Numbered from the stretch's first letter, positions 17,981 through 28,565 are shown. The stretch: 64,000 nucleotides of DNA from an uncultured delta proteobacterium (GCA_963811325.1 CAWEQT010000001.1:2328758-2392757), one strand, 5' to 3'. A program made the numbers and translations. The notes: generated from the letters alone by a model not told the origin.

Positions 17981-20900
17981 TTATTGGGCAAGCATCTTTA
18001 ATAACAACCCGGCCTGATCCAATATTTCCTTTTCGTGAAGAGCCGGAGCGGACACATACAATTTGTAATCAGGCGTAAAACGTAATTCTTTGATGTTCTT
18101 GCGAAAAAGCGCGATAATCTTTGCGGGATCAACCGGCGAATTATCCCGGAAGAAAATATACAAATATTTGCCGTCATAGCCCATCTTTTTACCCTTCAGA
18201 GGTTTAAGACAATTCCTTATGCTGATTACATACAAAAGATTATCCACGGATGTGGGCAAATCCCCGTAACAATCCTGCAGCTCGCTTTTAATCTGATTAA
18301 TGTCTTCATCATTTCCGGATAGAGATATTCTTTTATACAAGACCAGGCGCTGATGAATATCCTGAACATACTCTTCGGGAATAAAAGCTGAAATTCCCAA
18401 CTGAATTTCAGGCAATAATTCCTCTTCACCAATTTCTTCTCCCTTAATTTCCCGAACCGTCTTTTCCATTAATTCGGTATAAAGTTCATAACCAACAGCA
18501 GAAATATGACCTGACTGGGAAATTCCCAACAAATTTCCGCCGCCGCGGATTTCCAGATCATTATAAGCTATCCTGAATCCGGAACCAGGTTCAGAAAATT
18601 CTTTAATTACCTGTAATCTTTTCATGGCTTCGCGGGAAAGCATCGCTCCCCGGGGTAATAGCAGGTAGGCAAAAGCTTCCTGACTGGAACGGCCCACACG
18701 GCCACGTATCTGATAGAGTTGTGCTAATCCGAACTTTTCGGCGCGATTAATAATTATTGTATTTGCTGTGGGAATATCTAAACCGGAGCCGATAATAGTG
18801 GTACAAACAAGAACTTCACATTCCTGCCTTATGAATTTTGTCATTGCTTTTTCAATTTCCGCCGGTTTCATTTGACCATGGACAACCCCGACGCTCGCCT
18901 GCGGAACCAGGCGTTGCACAAGACGGGCAATCGAATAAATTGAGCGCACTCTATCATGGACAAAAAATATCTGTCCCTGACGCGCCAGTTCTTTTTCTAT
19001 CGCGGCTTTAATCACATCCTCATCGAATTCCAGCACATAAGTTTTTATGGACACACGATCTTCTGGCGGCGTATTAATAATGGATAAATCTCTAATGCCA
19101 ACAAGTGATAGATGAAGAGTGCGCGGAATCGGCGTTGCTGAGAGCGTGAGTACATCAACGAGTGTGCGCATTTTTTTTAACTTTTCCTTATGAGCCACGC
19201 CGAAGCGCTGTTCTTCATCAATTATCACCAGCCCCAGATCTTTAAATTCAATGTCTTTTTGGATCAGACGATGCGTACCCACGACAATATCCACTTTTTG
19301 ACTTCTTATATCTTCCACAATTTTCTTTTGTTCGGCAGTACTTTTAAAACGATTCAACACTTCAACACGAACAGGGAAATCTTTGAAACGGCGGGAAAAA
19401 GTCTGATAATGCTGTTCTGCTAAAATAGTTGTAGGCACTAAAACGGCAACCTGCTTGCCATCCATGACAGCCCGAAAAGCTGATCGAATCGCAACTTCCG
19501 TTTTACCGAAACCGGCATCACCGCAAATCAATCTATCCATCGGTTTAGAATCATCCATGTCCAGATGAATATCTTCAACAGCTTTGTCTTGATCCGGTGT
19601 CTCTTCAAATTCAAAAGTGGAGCAAAATTCCTCGTAAATCCGGTCCGGCGGGGCAAATGATTTTCTTTCCATAACTTCGCGGGCGGCATAAATGGCTACC
19701 AGTTCCTCGGCATATTCGCGCACTGACTTTTTAACCTTTTCTTTTACAGCTTCCCATGAAGTCCCGCCCATTTTATCAATCTTCGGCACATAACCATCGG
19801 GTCCCAGATAGCGTTGAATTTTCTCCAGAGAATTAACAGGAATGTAGAGTTTATCGCCATCCAAATACTCAATGATTAAAAAATCGTTTTCGAGTTTACC
19901 TACGGTAATTTTTTTCAATCCGCGATAAATACCAATGCCGAAATCAGTATGAACAATAAAATCATCTTCTTTTAAATCACCAAAGGATTTAATAAAGTAA
20001 CCTTCCCTCACTGGCCTCACACGCCGGCGGGGAGCCTTTTTGACAAATATTTCTTCTTCGCTTAAAAAAACCAGTTTCATTGCCGGCATAATAAAACTGG
20101 TAGAAATTTCCCCTTCCCATAAAATAAGTTGAGGGTTTCTTTCCCATTGGTTAATAATTTCCAGGACTGAATCTTGGGGAGATAAAATCTGTACCGGCAA
20201 ATCGTAGGACAAAAGCAGATGCTTCATCCGTTGAATGGCTTCCTGATCTGGACAAAATAAAAAAATCAACATGCCTTCGGATAGCCACAATTTAATCTTT
20301 TCCGCGGTCCACCGTAAAGAAGCGTCTTCCTTAATCTCACCGGCAAGTAATTCTCCTGTACAAAGATATTGGTAAGTTTCAAACGTAACCGTAGCTGCTA
20401 CATTATCTTTTCCCTGATCCAGGTTGAGTCCTTCCAGAGAAATTTGTCCAAACCTGTCGAGATCTGCCAGGATATTGGCTAAATCAACATAAGTGTTTTC
20501 TTTTTCCAGATAAAATTTGTCACTGTTTTTAGTTTTAAATAACAATTTGTCAATATTAAGCCCTGCATTCTGGATTGCATGGTTTATGGCCAGCGGATTA
20601 TCCAAAATCACTAAAGTATTTTTCGACAGATAATCAAAAAGGCCTGACAACATATTGCACGAAAGCCCGTTATTATTATCGTATGATTCATAAAACAGCG
20701 GTAAAAATATAGGATTGATGGAATTGGTCAAACCATTTTTCAGAGAATCTACTAAACGATTACGAATATCGCGGGAAAGAGAAAGATCATCGGCACGCCT
20801 TCTGATATTACGAATAGCCAACTCCAATGTTGACGGATTGATGATTACCTCACTGGCCGGCGGCACAATGAAGGTATCCGCTGTCTCTATTGAACGCTGA

Positions 20901-21538
20901 GAAGAAGCATCAAAAGTTCGGATAGATTCGATTTCATCGCCGAACATTTCCAAACGCAGCGGGTTCTTTTCAGCGGGAGGGAATATATCAATAATATTCC
21001 CCCTGATACTGAATTCTCCTTTTTCTTCCACAAGACTGACTCTTTTATAACATCCGGACATAAGACAAGCGCAAAAGTCATCTCTGTTTAGAGTGTCACC
21101 CGTGGAAATGATTTGCAGATAGTTATTGAATTGCGCAATGGGCGTCACTTTTTGCATTAAGGCGATTACGGAAGTAACCACTATTGTTTTGGTTTTTATT
21201 TGCAGATTGGTAAGCGCTTCCATGCGAGTTAATTCTTCCTCCTTCTGGAGGGCAAACATATCAATTGTAAGAAAATCCAATGATGGGTAATGAAATATCG
21301 ATTCTTCTCCTAAAAACAGAGATAAATCCCGCGCGAAATCCGCTGCTTCTTTTTCTTCCGGACAAATAACAAGCAGTGGTCTCTCCAGACGGGCAAAAAG
21401 AAGAGATGTTAAGAATGGACGAGACGCGCCATTGAGTCCGCTGACATCGACCTTTGTGGAGTCCTCATTAATTTGCCGGATAAGATTACGCAGGGATTCA
21501 ATATCTTCTTTAATTTTTTTTGTGATAAGTTTTCGCAC
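17981..21538 (-). CDS. mfd: transcription-repair coupling factor
   Basis: 1185 aa. CarD/TRCF domain, helicase motifs [11 protein letters not shown] and DEEQRFG, C-terminal TRG/D7 region. Confidence 0.97.
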   Translation of the reverse strand: MRKLITKKIKEDIESLRNLIRQINEDSTKVDVSGLNGASRPFLTSLLFARLERPLLVICPEEKEAADFARDLSLFLGEESIFHYPSLDFLTIDMFALQKEEELTRMEALTNLQIKTKTIVVTSVIALMQKVTPIAQFNNYLQIISTGDTLNRDDFCACLMSGCYKRVSLVEEKGEFSIRGNIIDIFPPAEKNPLRLEMFGDEIESIRTFDASSQRSIETADTFIVPPASEVIINPSTLELAIRNIRRRADDLSLSRDIRNRLVDSLKNGLTNSINPIFLPLFYESYDNNNGLSCNMLSGLFDYLSKNTLVILDNPLAINHAIQNAGLNIDKLLFKTKNSDKFYLEKENTYVDLANILADLDRFGQISLEGLNLDQGKDNVAATVTFETYQYLCTGELLAGEIKEDASLRWTAEKIKLWLSEGMLIFLFCPDQEAIQRMKHLLLSYDLPVQILSPQDSVLEIINQWERNPQLILWEGEISTSFIMPAMKLVFLSEEEIFVKKAPRRRVRPVREGYFIKSFGDLKEDDFIVHTDFGIGIYRGLKKITVGKLENDFLIIEYLDGDKLYIPVNSLEKIQRYLGPDGYVPKIDKMGGTSWEAVKEKVKKSVREYAEELVAIYAAREVMERKSFAPPDRIYEEFCSTFEFEETPDQDKAVEDIHLDMDDSKPMDRLICGDAGFGKTEVAIRSAFRAVMDGKQVAVLVPTTILAEQHYQTFSRRFKDFPVRVEVLNRFKSTAEQKKIVEDIRSQKVDIVVGTHRLIQKDIEFKDLGLVIIDEEQRFGVAHKEKLKKMRTLVDVLTLSATPIPRTLHLSLVGIRDLSIINTPPEDRVSIKTYVLEFDEDVIKAAIEKELARQGQIFFVHDRVRSIYSIARLVQRLVPQASVGVVHGQMKPAEIEKAMTKFIRQECEVLVCTTIIGSGLDIPTANTIIINRAEKFGLAQLYQIRGRVGRSSQEAFAYLLLPRGAMLSREAMKRLQVIKEFSEPGSGFRIAYNDLEIRGGGNLLGISQSGHISAVGYELYTELMEKTVREIKGEEIGEEELLPEIQLGISAFIPEEYVQDIHQRLVLYKRISLSGNDEDINQIKSELQDCYGDLPTSVDNLLYVISIRNCLKPLKGKKMGYDGKYLYIFFRDNSPVDPAKIIALFRKNIKELRFTPDYKLYVSAPALHEKEILDQAGLLLKMLAQ

Positions 21539-21777
21539 TGATAATAGCCCAAACTTTCTTCAAAATAAGTTAACACCAAAACCCATTCTGAATGAAAAAT
21601 GGCTCTTCAATCCAGAATGGGTAGGTTTGAGTATTTGTTTAATCTTCTTTCCCGGATAATTCAATTAATAATTTCTTCACCGGAATTTTCCATTAAAAAT
21701 AAATGTTTTCCCAATATATGTTGACAACCGCCTCGTCTTTGATAGACTGCCGCATATCATTTTAATGGAGATTAAAT

Positions 21778-22019
21778 ATGATTTCTGTTGAGGATGCCTT
21801 AAAGACAATTCTTGTTAATTTTCGGCCGCTGGGTTTGGAAAAGATAAATATGTTGCGTATATAACCGGCGATCAAGGCTCCGGCATTTTGAAATCAATGG
21901 TTAAAGCTCATGCGTTAATCGTCACGGGAGAAAAAGAAACCCGAAACAAAAAGGGAGCGCAGGTAACGATTCAATTACTGGATGACTCTTTATCTCAAAC
22001 AGAGTTTCTCCAATTATAG
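21778..22019 (+). pseudogene. moeA: moeA (molybdopterin molybdenumtransferase) relic: N-terminal ~25 codons joined to C-terminal ~50 codons
   Basis: MISVEDALKTILVNFRPLGLEKI (typical MoeA start) stops at 21862-21864. Then GDQGSGILKSMVKAHALIVTGEKETRNKKGAQVTIQLL (typical MoeA C-terminus) runs to TAG at 22017-22019. The ~350 central codons are absent. A TTGACA-16-TAGACT promoter lies at about 21721-21748. Confidence 0.65.
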
Positions 22020-22065
22020 AAAATCTCCTCAAACAATAAAAATATAGTTGATATTTTATTGCATG

Positions 22066-22094
22066 TTGACACATAGGTAATCTTGAAGTTAAAT
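22066..22094 (+). promoter_or_regulatory. promoter of tRNA-Sec (TTGACA-17-TTAAAT)
   Basis: -35 at 22066-22071 and -10 at 22089-22094, 18 nt before the mature 5' end at 22113. Confidence 0.55.
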
Positions 22095-22112
22095 TAATAG
22101 AAATTTCCCAAT

Positions 22113-22210
22113 GGAAGTGCCAAGGTCACTGGTGGGCCTCCCGGACTTCAAATCCGGTGTGGGGCGCTAAAACCGTCCCAGGTGGGTTCGATTCCCATGC
22201 ACTTCCGCCA
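22113..22210 (+). tRNA. selC: tRNA-Sec (anticodon UCA)
   Basis: 98 nt. 8-bp acceptor stem GGAAGTGC/GCACTTCC. Anticodon loop CTTCAAA (TCA at 22148-22150). Long variable arm (6-bp stem, 9-nt loop). T-arm GTGGG-TTCGATT-CCCAT. Discriminator G and encoded CCA. Confidence 0.92.
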
Positions 22211-22463
22211 ATTATTCATATAATATCAATTGTTTATCGTTTTAAATACGATCAGGGGACGATCCGACAACAGGATTGTTACGTCTGAAAAGATGTTCTG
22301 TATCACCATCCAGTGATGAATGGTTAATTTGACAATTTCTTCCGGTTATACACAAATCTCCAACATTGATGAAAAGCCTGAACCGGCAATCTGGATTTTT
22401 TATTATTGATTTTTAATTTCCATTGCTTTAACCTACGCCTACAAATTACAATAGAGAATAAAA

Positions 22464-23855
22464 ATGAAAAATATCGGAAAGCCTCTCAATAACGGATACA
22501 CTAATAGGATTCTGGCGATGTTCATGGATAATTTCGGAATGAATCGCACGGCGTCCATTGTGACCATGATCATTACCAGCATGGTCATTATCTTTTCCTG
22601 TTTCTGGTTTTTTCATTCCGCTCCGCCGAAAACAATTATCATCACCAGTGGCGAAGCAGACAGCGCTTACTATAAGGTTGCCCAAAAGTACGCCGAAATT
22701 CTGGCTCGCGACGGCGTTAAAATGAAAATCCTGACCTCCGCCGGTTCCGCAGATAATCTCAAGCGGCTTTCGGATCCGTCTTTTAAAGTAGATATCGGCT
22801 TTGTTCAAGCGGGACTGGCTAAAGGGCAAAATATCAATCATCTGGTTTCTCTGGGCAGCGTTTCCTATCAACCTCTTTTAATTTTTTATCGCCTACAGCA
22901 ACCCGTGGAAATTCTCTCACAACTCAATGGAAAGTGTATTGCCATCGGTCCGGAAGGCAGCGGGGCGCACTCACTGGCATTGGCGCTGCTTGCGGTAAAC
23001 GGCATCGAGCCTGGCGGAGCAACGACATTTCAGAATATGGAAGGTGAAAATGCGGCCGCATCCCTGCTGGCGGGAAAAACGGACGCTATTTTCTTGACGG
23101 CTGATTCCGCCTCTTCGCAGACAATGAGAACCCTGTTTCAGACTCCGGAGATTAAGCTGATTAGTTTCAAGCAGGCCGATGGCTATGTCCGCCGCATCGG
23201 TTACCTGAAAAAGCTTACCATTCCTCAAGGCGCCATGGATTTTGGCAAAAATATTCCAGCGCACGATGTTGTTCTGGTCAGCCCCACGGTGGAACTGATC
23301 GCGCGGGATAATTTGCATCCGGCGCTGTCCGATTTGCTTTTGGCCGCTGCCACAAAAATACACGGGCGCTCAGCCCTGTTTCAGAGCCGCGACGAATTTC
23401 CTGCGCCTCTGGAAAACGAATACCGCATCAGCGACGATGCAAAACGTTTTTATAAATCCGGCAAAAGCTTTTTTTACCGCTATCTGCCTTTCTGGTTAGC
23501 CAGTCTCCTCAACCGGATTCTGGTCGTGTTTGTGCCGCTCATAATTATATTGATTCCGGGGTTAAAAAGCATTCCGGCCTTATTCCGATTGCGCATGAGA
23601 CTGCGTATCAACAAGTGGTATCGACTGTTATTTCTGATTGAACAGGATTCGATGACGCAATTTGAGCCCGAGAAGATCGAAGAACTGACACGGTTAATCG
23701 ATGAAATCGAATCCGATGTCAATAAAATGAAAATGCCGGCCTCTTACGGAGACCAGTTCTACATATTGCGCACACATATTAAATTTGTACGTATCAATCT
23801 TCAGGATCGCAAAGCCACAGCATCAGGAGGAAAGGTTGCAAATACCAGCGTATGA
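22464..23855 (+). CDS. TAXI-family TRAP-type solute-binding protein with N- and C-terminal membrane anchors
   Basis: 463 aa. IIITSGEADSAYYKVAQKYAEIL...KILTSAGSADNLKRL...GFVQAG matches the TAXI (TRAP-associated) receptor signature. Hydrophobic segments at both ends. Confidence 0.6.
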   Translation: MKNIGKPLNNGYTNRILAMFMDNFGMNRTASIVTMIITSMVIIFSCFWFFHSAPPKTIIITSGEADSAYYKVAQKYAEILARDGVKMKILTSAGSADNLKRLSDPSFKVDIGFVQAGLAKGQNINHLVSLGSVSYQPLLIFYRLQQPVEILSQLNGKCIAIGPEGSGAHSLALALLAVNGIEPGGATTFQNMEGENAAASLLAGKTDAIFLTADSASSQTMRTLFQTPEIKLISFKQADGYVRRIGYLKKLTIPQGAMDFGKNIPAHDVVLVSPTVELIARDNLHPALSDLLLAAATKIHGRSALFQSRDEFPAPLENEYRISDDAKRFYKSGKSFFYRYLPFWLASLLNRILVVFVPLIIILIPGLKSIPALFRLRMRLRINKWYRLLFLIEQDSMTQFEPEKIEELTRLIDEIESDVNKMKMPASYGDQFYILRTHIKFVRINLQDRKATASGGKVANTSV

Positions 23856-23875
23856 TAGTGCGTCATAATATTAAT

Positions 23876-23908
23876 TTGTCATTACAATGACAACAGTTGT
23901 GATATAAT
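23876..23908 (+). promoter_or_regulatory. 8-bp-arm palindrome TTGTCATT-ac-AATGACAA next to an extended -10 (TGaTATAAT)
   Basis: Palindrome at 23876-23893. TG at 23900-23901 and TATAAT at 23903-23908, 60 nt upstream of the flavin-reductase-like gene. Confidence 0.4.
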
Positions 23909-23968
23909 CGGTAGGGCTTACCGGAAGAAGCCAATGAGAATTTATCCGGTTAACATAAGGGGTTTGCC

Positions 23969-24466
23969 ATGAAAGATTTAAATTACATGAATGTTGCCGA
24001 GGATGCCATCAAGAAAATAGAAAGAGGATCTTTTTTAACCGTAAAAGCAGGGAACGCGCTCAACACCATGACAATTGGTTGGGCCACTTTCGGATTTATC
24101 TGGCAGAAGCCGATCATGATGGTGGCGGTGCGATCTTCGAGGCACACCTTTGGCATCATTGAAAAAGCAGATGATTTTACCGTTACTGTGCCGGCTGGCG
24201 GGATGAATAAAGAAATAGCTTTTTGCGGTTCCAAATCCGGCAGAGATGTAGACAAATTCAAAATGTGCAGACTGGAAATAATCAGCGGCCACAAGGTTGT
24301 TTCCCCAATTATCAAAATTCCCGGATATCATTACGAGTGTAAAATAGTTTACAAGTCCGCCATGAACGAGACGCATCTTGACAAAAATTATGATACGTCT
24401 CTTTATCCGCAAAAGGATTACCACACTCTTTACTTCGGCGAAATATTGGCCTGCTACGAAACCTGA
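23969..24466 (+). CDS. flavin reductase-like (FMN-binding split-barrel) protein
   Basis: 165 aa. NTMTIGWATFGFIWQKPIMMVAVRSSRHT resembles the flavin reductase/flavoredoxin family core. Confidence 0.65.
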   Translation: MKDLNYMNVAEDAIKKIERGSFLTVKAGNALNTMTIGWATFGFIWQKPIMMVAVRSSRHTFGIIEKADDFTVTVPAGGMNKEIAFCGSKSGRDVDKFKMCRLEIISGHKVVSPIIKIPGYHYECKIVYKSAMNETHLDKNYDTSLYPQKDYHTLYFGEILACYET

Positions 24467-24531
24467 TCGGGCGACGGTTGTATTTATTTTAATGTCAATA
24501 AAAGCGGATTGACTCCGCAAAGGAGGTTATC

Positions 24532-25197
24532 ATGGAATTAGCTGCTGCAATTAGGGGAAGAAGGAGTATTCGTAAATTCAAATCGCAGGATGTACCCCAA
24601 AATATACTTACAGAGATTCTGGAGGTGGCGCGCTGGTCGCCATCATGGGGAAACACGCAGCCCTGGGACTTATATGTGCTGACGGGTAAGACTCTGGCAA
24701 AATTCAAAGGAATGAATCTCAAGCAAACGCTGGCCGGAGCAGCGACCGCGTCCGATGTGCCTATGCCGACAAATTGGCCTGATGCCATGAAAGCAAGGTA
24801 TGGAGAGCTGGGCAAAGTTGTTTTGTCTGCGCAGGGTATAAAAAGAGATGATAAGGAAGCACGCGATAAATACTATCAGAACATGATTTCTGTCTTTGAC
24901 GCTCCCTGTCTTATTCTTGCCTGTATTTCGAGGGATAATCTTGTCGAATACCAGATGTTGGATATTGGCCTCATCACCCAAACAATATGCCTGGCGGCTT
25001 ACGACAAAGGTCTCGGTACTTGTCTGCTGGCAGCAGCCGCGCGTTACTCCGCTGAAATCAGAAAGATAGCGGCAATTCCTGAGGATAAAAAAATTGTTGT
25101 GGGCATCGCTTTGGGCTATCCCGAGCCTTCATTTCCTCTCAACAATTTCGAGCGGGACAGAGCAAAGCTGACTGAATTTGTCCATTGGATGGAATAA
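24532..25197 (+). CDS. nitroreductase family protein
   Basis: 221 aa. AIRGRRSIRKF, ...ARWSPSWGNTQPW and the C-terminal ..IALGYP motif. AAAGGAGG SD. Confidence 0.85.
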   Translation: MELAAAIRGRRSIRKFKSQDVPQNILTEILEVARWSPSWGNTQPWDLYVLTGKTLAKFKGMNLKQTLAGAATASDVPMPTNWPDAMKARYGELGKVVLSAQGIKRDDKEARDKYYQNMISVFDAPCLILACISRDNLVEYQMLDIGLITQTICLAAYDKGLGTCLLAAAARYSAEIRKIAAIPEDKKIVVGIALGYPEPSFPLNNFERDRAKLTEFVHWME

Positions 25198-25252
25198 ACG
25201 ACAATTTATTGTGGTGCCATTACCTTTTTGTCATAGATGATAATGCAGAAAC

Positions 25253-25330
25253 CAGATTGCCCGCATGCGCACATAGGGGTTCCCTGCCATAACCTAAAGG
25301 TCATCATGATCTGAGAGGTGGCGCAATGAC
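25253..25330 (+). repeat. degenerate REP-like intergenic element (GATTGCCCGC ... CATAACCTAAAGGTCA ... GCGCAATGAC)
   Basis: Shares ordered blocks with 25955-26072 on the other side of the PilZ gene (CATAACCTrAAGGTCA at 25288-25303 and 26042-26057). Confidence 0.5.
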
Positions 25331-25373
25331 AATGCTGGCAGGGTAATGCCGCCGGGAAATTTCATTAGATTCA

Positions 25374-25820
25374 TTATCTGCCTACGATTTCAATCCGGAG
25401 ACGTCTGGCCATGATTTTATTCCGGCGAAAGGCTTTTCGAGATAGAGAATTCTGATTTTTCTTCAGGATATTTTCAATATTCACCAATATTTCTTCCACT
25501 TCTTCCGAACACATATACTCATTTGCCGCAAAATCGAATTGCAATCCATACCTGTTTTTATTGCCCTGATTCACCACATTGCGCACGATGCATATGATAT
25601 CTGAGGCATGATTCTTTCCCTTGGATATATTGAGAGAAATCTTGCTTTCTATTTCAAGATCAAGATTCGTCTCAATCGCCATCCCAAAAAAATTAAAATC
25701 AACGGGTTTCACACTCTCGACGCAAGCTTTCCCGTCTGATTCATCTTGAAATGAAATACTCGCGGTCATGTCTCCTGCTCTATAATGAGAATATTGCCTT
25801 CGTTCTTCACCTTTATACAT
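25374..25820 (-). CDS. PilZ-domain-like protein
   Basis: 148 aa. N-terminal EERRQYSHYR (RxxxR-like) followed by ..VDFNFFGMAI.. (D/NxSxxG-like). Assignment is moderate. Confidence 0.55.
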   Translation of the reverse strand: MYKGEERRQYSHYRAGDMTASISFQDESDGKACVESVKPVDFNFFGMAIETNLDLEIESKISLNISKGKNHASDIICIVRNVVNQGNKNRYGLQFDFAANEYMCSEEVEEILVNIENILKKNQNSLSRKAFRRNKIMARRLRIEIVGR

Positions 25821-25954
25821 TAATAAAATATCCTGTTTGAGGGTTTGTATTAATGATTACCCGTTAAGTTATAGATATTATATCATATTAAGGAAAAATT
25901 ATACTAATTTTTTATTATGTTTGCAATAATCTTAAAATGTTCTATTTTATTTAA

Positions 25955-26072
25955 TGTTCCTGGATTCCCGCTTCTAGCGTTCGCAATGGCAGGATGGGTT
26001 TCCACATATGCCGGAGTTCGCGACAAAAAGATGCCTCCCCTCATAACCTGAAGGTCACAAGAGGGAGAGAAG
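25955..26072 (+). repeat. degenerate REP-like intergenic element (CTGGATTCCCGC ... CGCAATGGC ... CATAACCTGAAGGTCA)
   Basis: Direct-orientation partner of 25253-25330. Confidence 0.5.
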
Positions 26073-26144
26073 TAAAGAGTTAAATAACAGTGGTAGATTT
26101 TATATTGTCACTGTAAAAAAAAGATATTTATTCTAAACAGTTAT

Positions 26145-26912
26145 TTAAGTTTTCTTCAGGTTACGAAAATCGGGTTTTCGTTTTTGCATGAAGGCCATCA
26201 TGGCCTCAATATTTTCGGGGCCGCCGGCCTGTCGTTTCATGCTCTCATGCTCGGCCTTAAGGGCGGCCTCTATACCGGCCTTATGCACAAGCTTGAGGCA
26301 CCTTTTAGCCTCGCGCAGAGACGCCATCGGCAACTGGGCAATTTCTGTGGCCTTGGCCATCGCGTTTTGCACAAGCTCGTCATCACTTAACTTGCGGGCA
26401 GCTATTCCGGTTTCCAGAGCTCTGTTGGCATTAATCCATTCAGAAGTAAAAATTAGCTCTGCCGCGCGCTGGACACCGATATTGGCCTGCAGCATATAAG
26501 TGCTCGCAAATTCCGGCGCCATACCCAGGCTAGTGAATGGTATACGCATACGCAAACTTTCACCCACATAGAGGATATCGCAATGAAATAGCATGGTAGC
26601 ACCACCTCCAACGGCAACTCCCTTGGCCGCGCCTATCAACGGTTTATCAAAGTCAATAACGGCGCGTTCGCAAATTTGATAGGGCGGCAGTGCAGCGAAT
26701 GCGCCGCTATCGCTCAAATCCTGGCCGGCAGAGAAATCTTTACCCGCACCGGTTATAACCACAACGATTACTTCATCGTTTTCGCGGGCCGCATCAAGCT
26801 CCGCGGAAAAGGCTTTCCACTGTTCAGTATTGAATGCATTCTTTTTTTCAGGGCGATTCAATGTTAATGATAATACGCCATCTCTGAGATCTTTTATAAC
26901 CGTATTGCTCAT
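26145..26912 (-). CDS. enoyl-CoA hydratase/isomerase (crotonase) family protein
   Basis: 255 aa. ITGAGKDFSAGQDL and ..GAAKGVAVGGGATM.. oxyanion-hole motifs. Confidence 0.88.
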   Translation of the reverse strand: MSNTVIKDLRDGVLSLTLNRPEKKNAFNTEQWKAFSAELDAARENDEVIVVVITGAGKDFSAGQDLSDSGAFAALPPYQICERAVIDFDKPLIGAAKGVAVGGGATMLFHCDILYVGESLRMRIPFTSLGMAPEFASTYMLQANIGVQRAAELIFTSEWINANRALETGIAARKLSDDELVQNAMAKATEIAQLPMASLREAKRCLKLVHKAGIEAALKAEHESMKRQAGGPENIEAMMAFMQKRKPDFRNLKKT

Positions 26913-27258
26913 GGGGGACTTCTCCTTTGTAATTAATTATTAATGTTTAGAAAATCAAGACTGCATAGAACAAGACTAAAGGATCATGCTTGTAATTATC
27001 ATAACTGGCTTTTACTGCCTTCTTATAAGAATTATGTCAAGCCTTTTTAGAAGCGGATCCTTTAAGAAGGATTTTCAATTAAACCATTTTTGTAAATTTA
27101 TCAGGACATCTTCTCTCTTTGCAATTGGTGAACTTTCCGGGGGAAACATTACACCGGCACAAAATCTTATGTAAATAACAATTGACATGCAAAAGGAACT
27201 TCCCTATCTTCCTTCCGAAAGAAGTGTCTTATCGAAATCATACTTAACAGGAAAAGAT

Positions 27259-28458
27259 ATGACAAAAAATAATGAAGTGGCTCTGAATAATAGGAAGAGT
27301 GATCTCATAAAACTCGTCTTATTGATGAACAAGCAAAATAAAAGATTTATGCCGCCATTTAATCCGATCCTCAAAACGATTGATTTAGTTATCACTCAGG
27401 GCGAACTCGACCTGCTGCTGATGATGGGCACAGGTTTATACTCATATGAACAGGTCGCCGCTTTGAGCAACATGAATAGTGAAAATTTCAATTCATTATT
27501 CGAATCCCTTAAACAAAAGGCATTCGTAGGAATGCATAAAACCGGAACAGGCGAAGAACGATATAAGATCAATCCTTTTATTGTCGGGTGGTTTGAAGGA
27601 GTGGTTTCGTATTTAATCGGAAAACCTGAAGAAAAGGAATTCGCTAAAAGATATATGTCCTTTTTTGATTCGTTACGGAATCGCAATTACTTCCCTGTCC
27701 GGAAAGTTATGGATGTGATGGGCAAATATGCGTCTACATCAAATCAGAGTGTCGGTATGGTTCATGAATCCAAAAATGCCAAGGGAAAGTCCACTATCAT
27801 CATTAATGAGGCAATTAATTTGTCGGATTCTAATATTTATCCGACAAATTCCATTAATGATATGATCATGGAATATGGAAGTAAAAGTATCATTGGTCAA
27901 TTCAAAGCATGCATGTGCCGGCAGGTTGCTTCCAATATTGATGATCAGTGTCGCTTCAAAATGCCCGGTGACATAGGATGCATGGGTTTTGGCGATAAAA
28001 TTATACCTTATCTGAAATATGGGTATATGCGCCAAATAAGCAAGGAAGAAGCATTTGATATTATACAGAAAGCAAGAGATTGTGGCGCCATACATACGGT
28101 GTTTCATGAAAAGGATGATACTAAACTTCCTCAAGGCGGTTTGTGCAACTGCTGCTGGGACTGCTGCGGCATATTTCGCTCTTACAACATGGGAGCTGTT
28201 CCTTTACGTTACAGTTGTTACTATCTGGCTAAGATCACGGATAGTTCAAAATGCAAAGGATGCGGAAAATGTGAAAAGTACTGTCCGACTGCCGCGATTA
28301 AAGTCGTGGAGAAAAAAGTGGAGCTCGACGCGAAGAAGTGCATCGGCTGCGGTCAATGCTTTCATCAGTGTTCCCGTTCAGTTATAGAGCTCATTGAGAA
28401 CAAACGTACCGCATTTCTGCCGATGCTTAAAAAATCTGAGGGAAGAATAACAACATAG
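27259..28458 (+). CDS. Fe-S protein: unknown N-terminal domain + CxCCxxCC motif + 2x[4Fe-4S] ferredoxin domain
   Basis: The ORF track starts at 27187, but ATG 27259 has AGGAAA 5 nt upstream. The C-terminus has CNCCWDCC, CKGCGKCEKYCP and CIGCGQCFHQC. Confidence 0.7.
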   Translation: MTKNNEVALNNRKSDLIKLVLLMNKQNKRFMPPFNPILKTIDLVITQGELDLLLMMGTGLYSYEQVAALSNMNSENFNSLFESLKQKAFVGMHKTGTGEERYKINPFIVGWFEGVVSYLIGKPEEKEFAKRYMSFFDSLRNRNYFPVRKVMDVMGKYASTSNQSVGMVHESKNAKGKSTIIINEAINLSDSNIYPTNSINDMIMEYGSKSIIGQFKACMCRQVASNIDDQCRFKMPGDIGCMGFGDKIIPYLKYGYMRQISKEEAFDIIQKARDCGAIHTVFHEKDDTKLPQGGLCNCCWDCCGIFRSYNMGAVPLRYSCYYLAKITDSSKCKGCGKCEKYCPTAAIKVVEKKVELDAKKCIGCGQCFHQCSRSVIELIENKRTAFLPMLKKSEGRITT

Positions 28459-28513
28459 CTAAAAAATGCTTTTATTTATACTTGTTCCCCAGTTGATTCC
28501 AGGGAAATAATCC

Positions 28514-28565
28514 GGGACGGTTGAATGTTTATAATGGATTCCGGTTAAAAGCGTGCCGGAATGAC
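28514..28565 (+). repeat. REP-like element: GGGACGGTTGAATGTTTATAAT + palindrome GGATTCCGG-n12-CCGGAATGAC
   Basis: Partner copy at 29556-29615 (GGGACGGTTGTATTTAATTTA ... CCGGATTCCC). The two copies bracket the J-domain gene in direct orientation. Confidence 0.5.
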
